Below, piece by piece: positions 63,031 through 64,000 of a DNA stretch of 64,000 nucleotides; positions within the stretch are counted from its first letter, which is position 1, and every line of letters begins with the position of its first letter. The stretch is from a virus. Below the pieces are notes generated by a model. It saw only the letters and a program-made list of their open reading frames with translations. It ran no database searches and was not told the DNA's origin. The stretch lies in the IMG/VR virus record IMGVR_UViG_3300007734_000759, positions 95,436 through 159,435 of that record. One strand, written 5' to 3'. Position numbers and translations under genes: made by a program.

Positions 63031-63416
63031 AATGCAATAGAGTCGGATCTAAAGCTTTTCAAAAGGGATGTTGTCCATTCAACCAAGATTGAGTATATTA
63101 CTACAACTATAATCTCCCAACAGCGTCCATCCGACTCCGCTGGAGGGAAACCCCAAACGGAAGCCCCTCCACAAGAGGGGTTTTCTTATTTCCCCTTATT
63201 GCGTTACGAGGTAGGAGATCCTTGGTAACCAATCCATCTGCACTTAGGCCTGGAAGATGTCTTTGGATCGGGTACGTTAAATCTCTCAGCATAAGCCCTG
63301 GCGTTTGTCTATTTGTAATGAACCACTATTGAGGGGATCCAGGATCTCTTATCTGACAGTACCTTCTTTCCGTAACGTGATTGGAACCCACATCCTAAAT
63401 AGACCCACCCCTCGAT
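63031..63416 (+). ncRNA. Candidate large structured ncRNA
   Basis: TATTTATA at 63019, then a GC-richer region with no credible ORF and many helices whose G-U pairs only work on the + strand. Confidence 0.55.
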
Positions 63417-63516
63417 TGTGACATATCCTGAGTATCTAGTATTTCTTAAAAAACCTTAACAACGGTTGTCATTCAGATCATCAGTAGTATCTTTACATTA
63501 TCAAACAAAAACAGTT

Positions 63517-63723
63517 ATGACTATTAAACAACTAATCGAAGAATTATCAAAGTTCAACCCTGATCAACAAATTAGATTTTCTTCCTATCTCGAAAGTGGA
63601 TTTGGATCTTGGACAGGATGTAGTGATTTGAAAGGTCCTTTCATTGAACTAGATGAGGATGTAGTAGAGATAAGATTTGAAGGTGAGGAATGGATTGAAG
63701 TGGAGGAGTTTGATGAGGATTGA
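63517..63723 (+). CDS. Hypothetical early protein (MTIKQLIEEL family)
   Basis: Follows the promoter at 63488. Confidence 0.65.
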   Translation: MTIKQLIEELSKFNPDQQIRFSSYLESGFGSWTGCSDLKGPFIELDEDVVEIRFEGEEWIEVEEFDED

Positions 63724-63805
63724 TTTCTTAAAAAACCTTAACAAGAGTTGTAGATCAAACATTCAGTAGTATCTTTAGGTATCAAACAAATAAACAAACA
63801 AAGTT

Positions 63806-64000
63806 ATGAAAAAGTTAATTGTAGTTGAAGGAGATGGATTAGATGTGAACATTGTAAGAGTTGTAAAGTGTGAACAAGGTTTAGGTCTTGGACAGTACTT
63901 AACAAAGTTAGAGGATGAATTGAATAGTACTTTTGAAGAACATGAGATAGGAGAATTTGGTTTAGGATTAGGAGAGAGTGGAGAGTATGAAGGAAAGAAA
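63806..64000 (+). CDS. Hypothetical early protein, 3' truncated
   Basis: MKKLIVVEG..., similar to 61720; follows the promoter at 63770; open to the window end. Confidence 0.6.
   Translation, partial: MKKLIVVEGDGLDVNIVRVVKCEQGLGLGQYLTKLEDELNSTFEEHEIGEFGLGLGESGEYEGKK

Larger units (their letters stand above)
32852..63808 (+). repeat. Dispersed promoter/leader repeat (25 copies here, plus one at 3.3 kb)
   Basis: Consensus TTCTTAACAAATCTTAACAAAGTTGC-N-CGTATCTTTAAGTATTGAAA-(A-rich)-GTTATG. TATCTTTA boxes start at 32900, 34819, 36276, 37946, 39496, 43445, 44929, 45950, 47893, 49266, 50883, 51958, 52809, 53946, 55094, 56307, 57228, 58176, 58560, 61314, 61691, 62097, 62508, 63488, 63770 and 3341. 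Confidence 0.9.

Noticed and set aside
63285-63440. RNase P RNA on the minus strand (GACAAACGCCAGGGCTTAT resembles its 3' motif)
   Set aside because: There is no GAGGAAAGTCC 5' element, and the G-U pairs favour the + strand.
43415-63517. Extended N-termini given in the ORF track (43415, 50876, 61221, 63466; also 3315, 34797, 36266, 39451)
   Set aside because: The extensions translate the promoter repeat itself; true starts are the downstream ATGs.
43388-63808. Recurring TTCTTAACAAATCTTAACAAAG read as a CRISPR array, given the Cas4-like gene at 13324
   Set aside because: Copies are hundreds to thousands of bp apart, separated by whole genes, and degenerate. There are no other cas genes, and solo Cas4-like nucleases are common in phages.

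Overview
A 64 kb segment of a large lytic dsDNA phage, most likely infecting a Bacteroidota host (inferred from A-rich leaders without Shine-Dalgarno sequences, TTG...TATCTTTA promoters resembling the Bacteroidota -33/-7 consensus, and a Bacteroidota-like signal peptide). Essentially every credible gene is on the + strand. (1) 1-8.8 kb: nucleotide metabolism and 7-deazaguanine DNA modification (QueE, QueD-paralogue with LxxxHRHxF motif, FolE, TGT/DpdA-like barrel, NMP kinase, HPRT, dCTP deaminase/dUTPase, family A DNA polymerase). (2) 9.6-14.5 kb: Hsp20, GroES, GroEL and a Cas4-like nuclease. (3) 14.5-32.1 kb: about 20 genes for glycosyltransferases, nucleotide-sugar enzymes and methyltransferases. 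(4) 32-64 kb: many small genes, ThyA, homing endonucleases and tRNAs, arranged in cassettes. 25 of the 26 copies of a rigidly spaced TTAA-N6-TTAA/TATCTTTA promoter element head these cassettes; the other is at 3.3 kb. The most unusual features are a family of late-promoter genes with a shared N-terminal LNEQFxRMQKLAGIITE tag fused to unrelated cargo, a kissing-loop plus loop-E RNA leader on an HNH gene, a tRNA-like RNA with rearranged arms and a UAU anticodon, a ~390-nt candidate multi-pseudoknot ncRNA at 63.0-63.4 kb, a 13-bp-periodic TTTTCTAC array, and 5'/3' UTR complementarity around hsp20. All calls come from reading motifs by eye; no searches were run.
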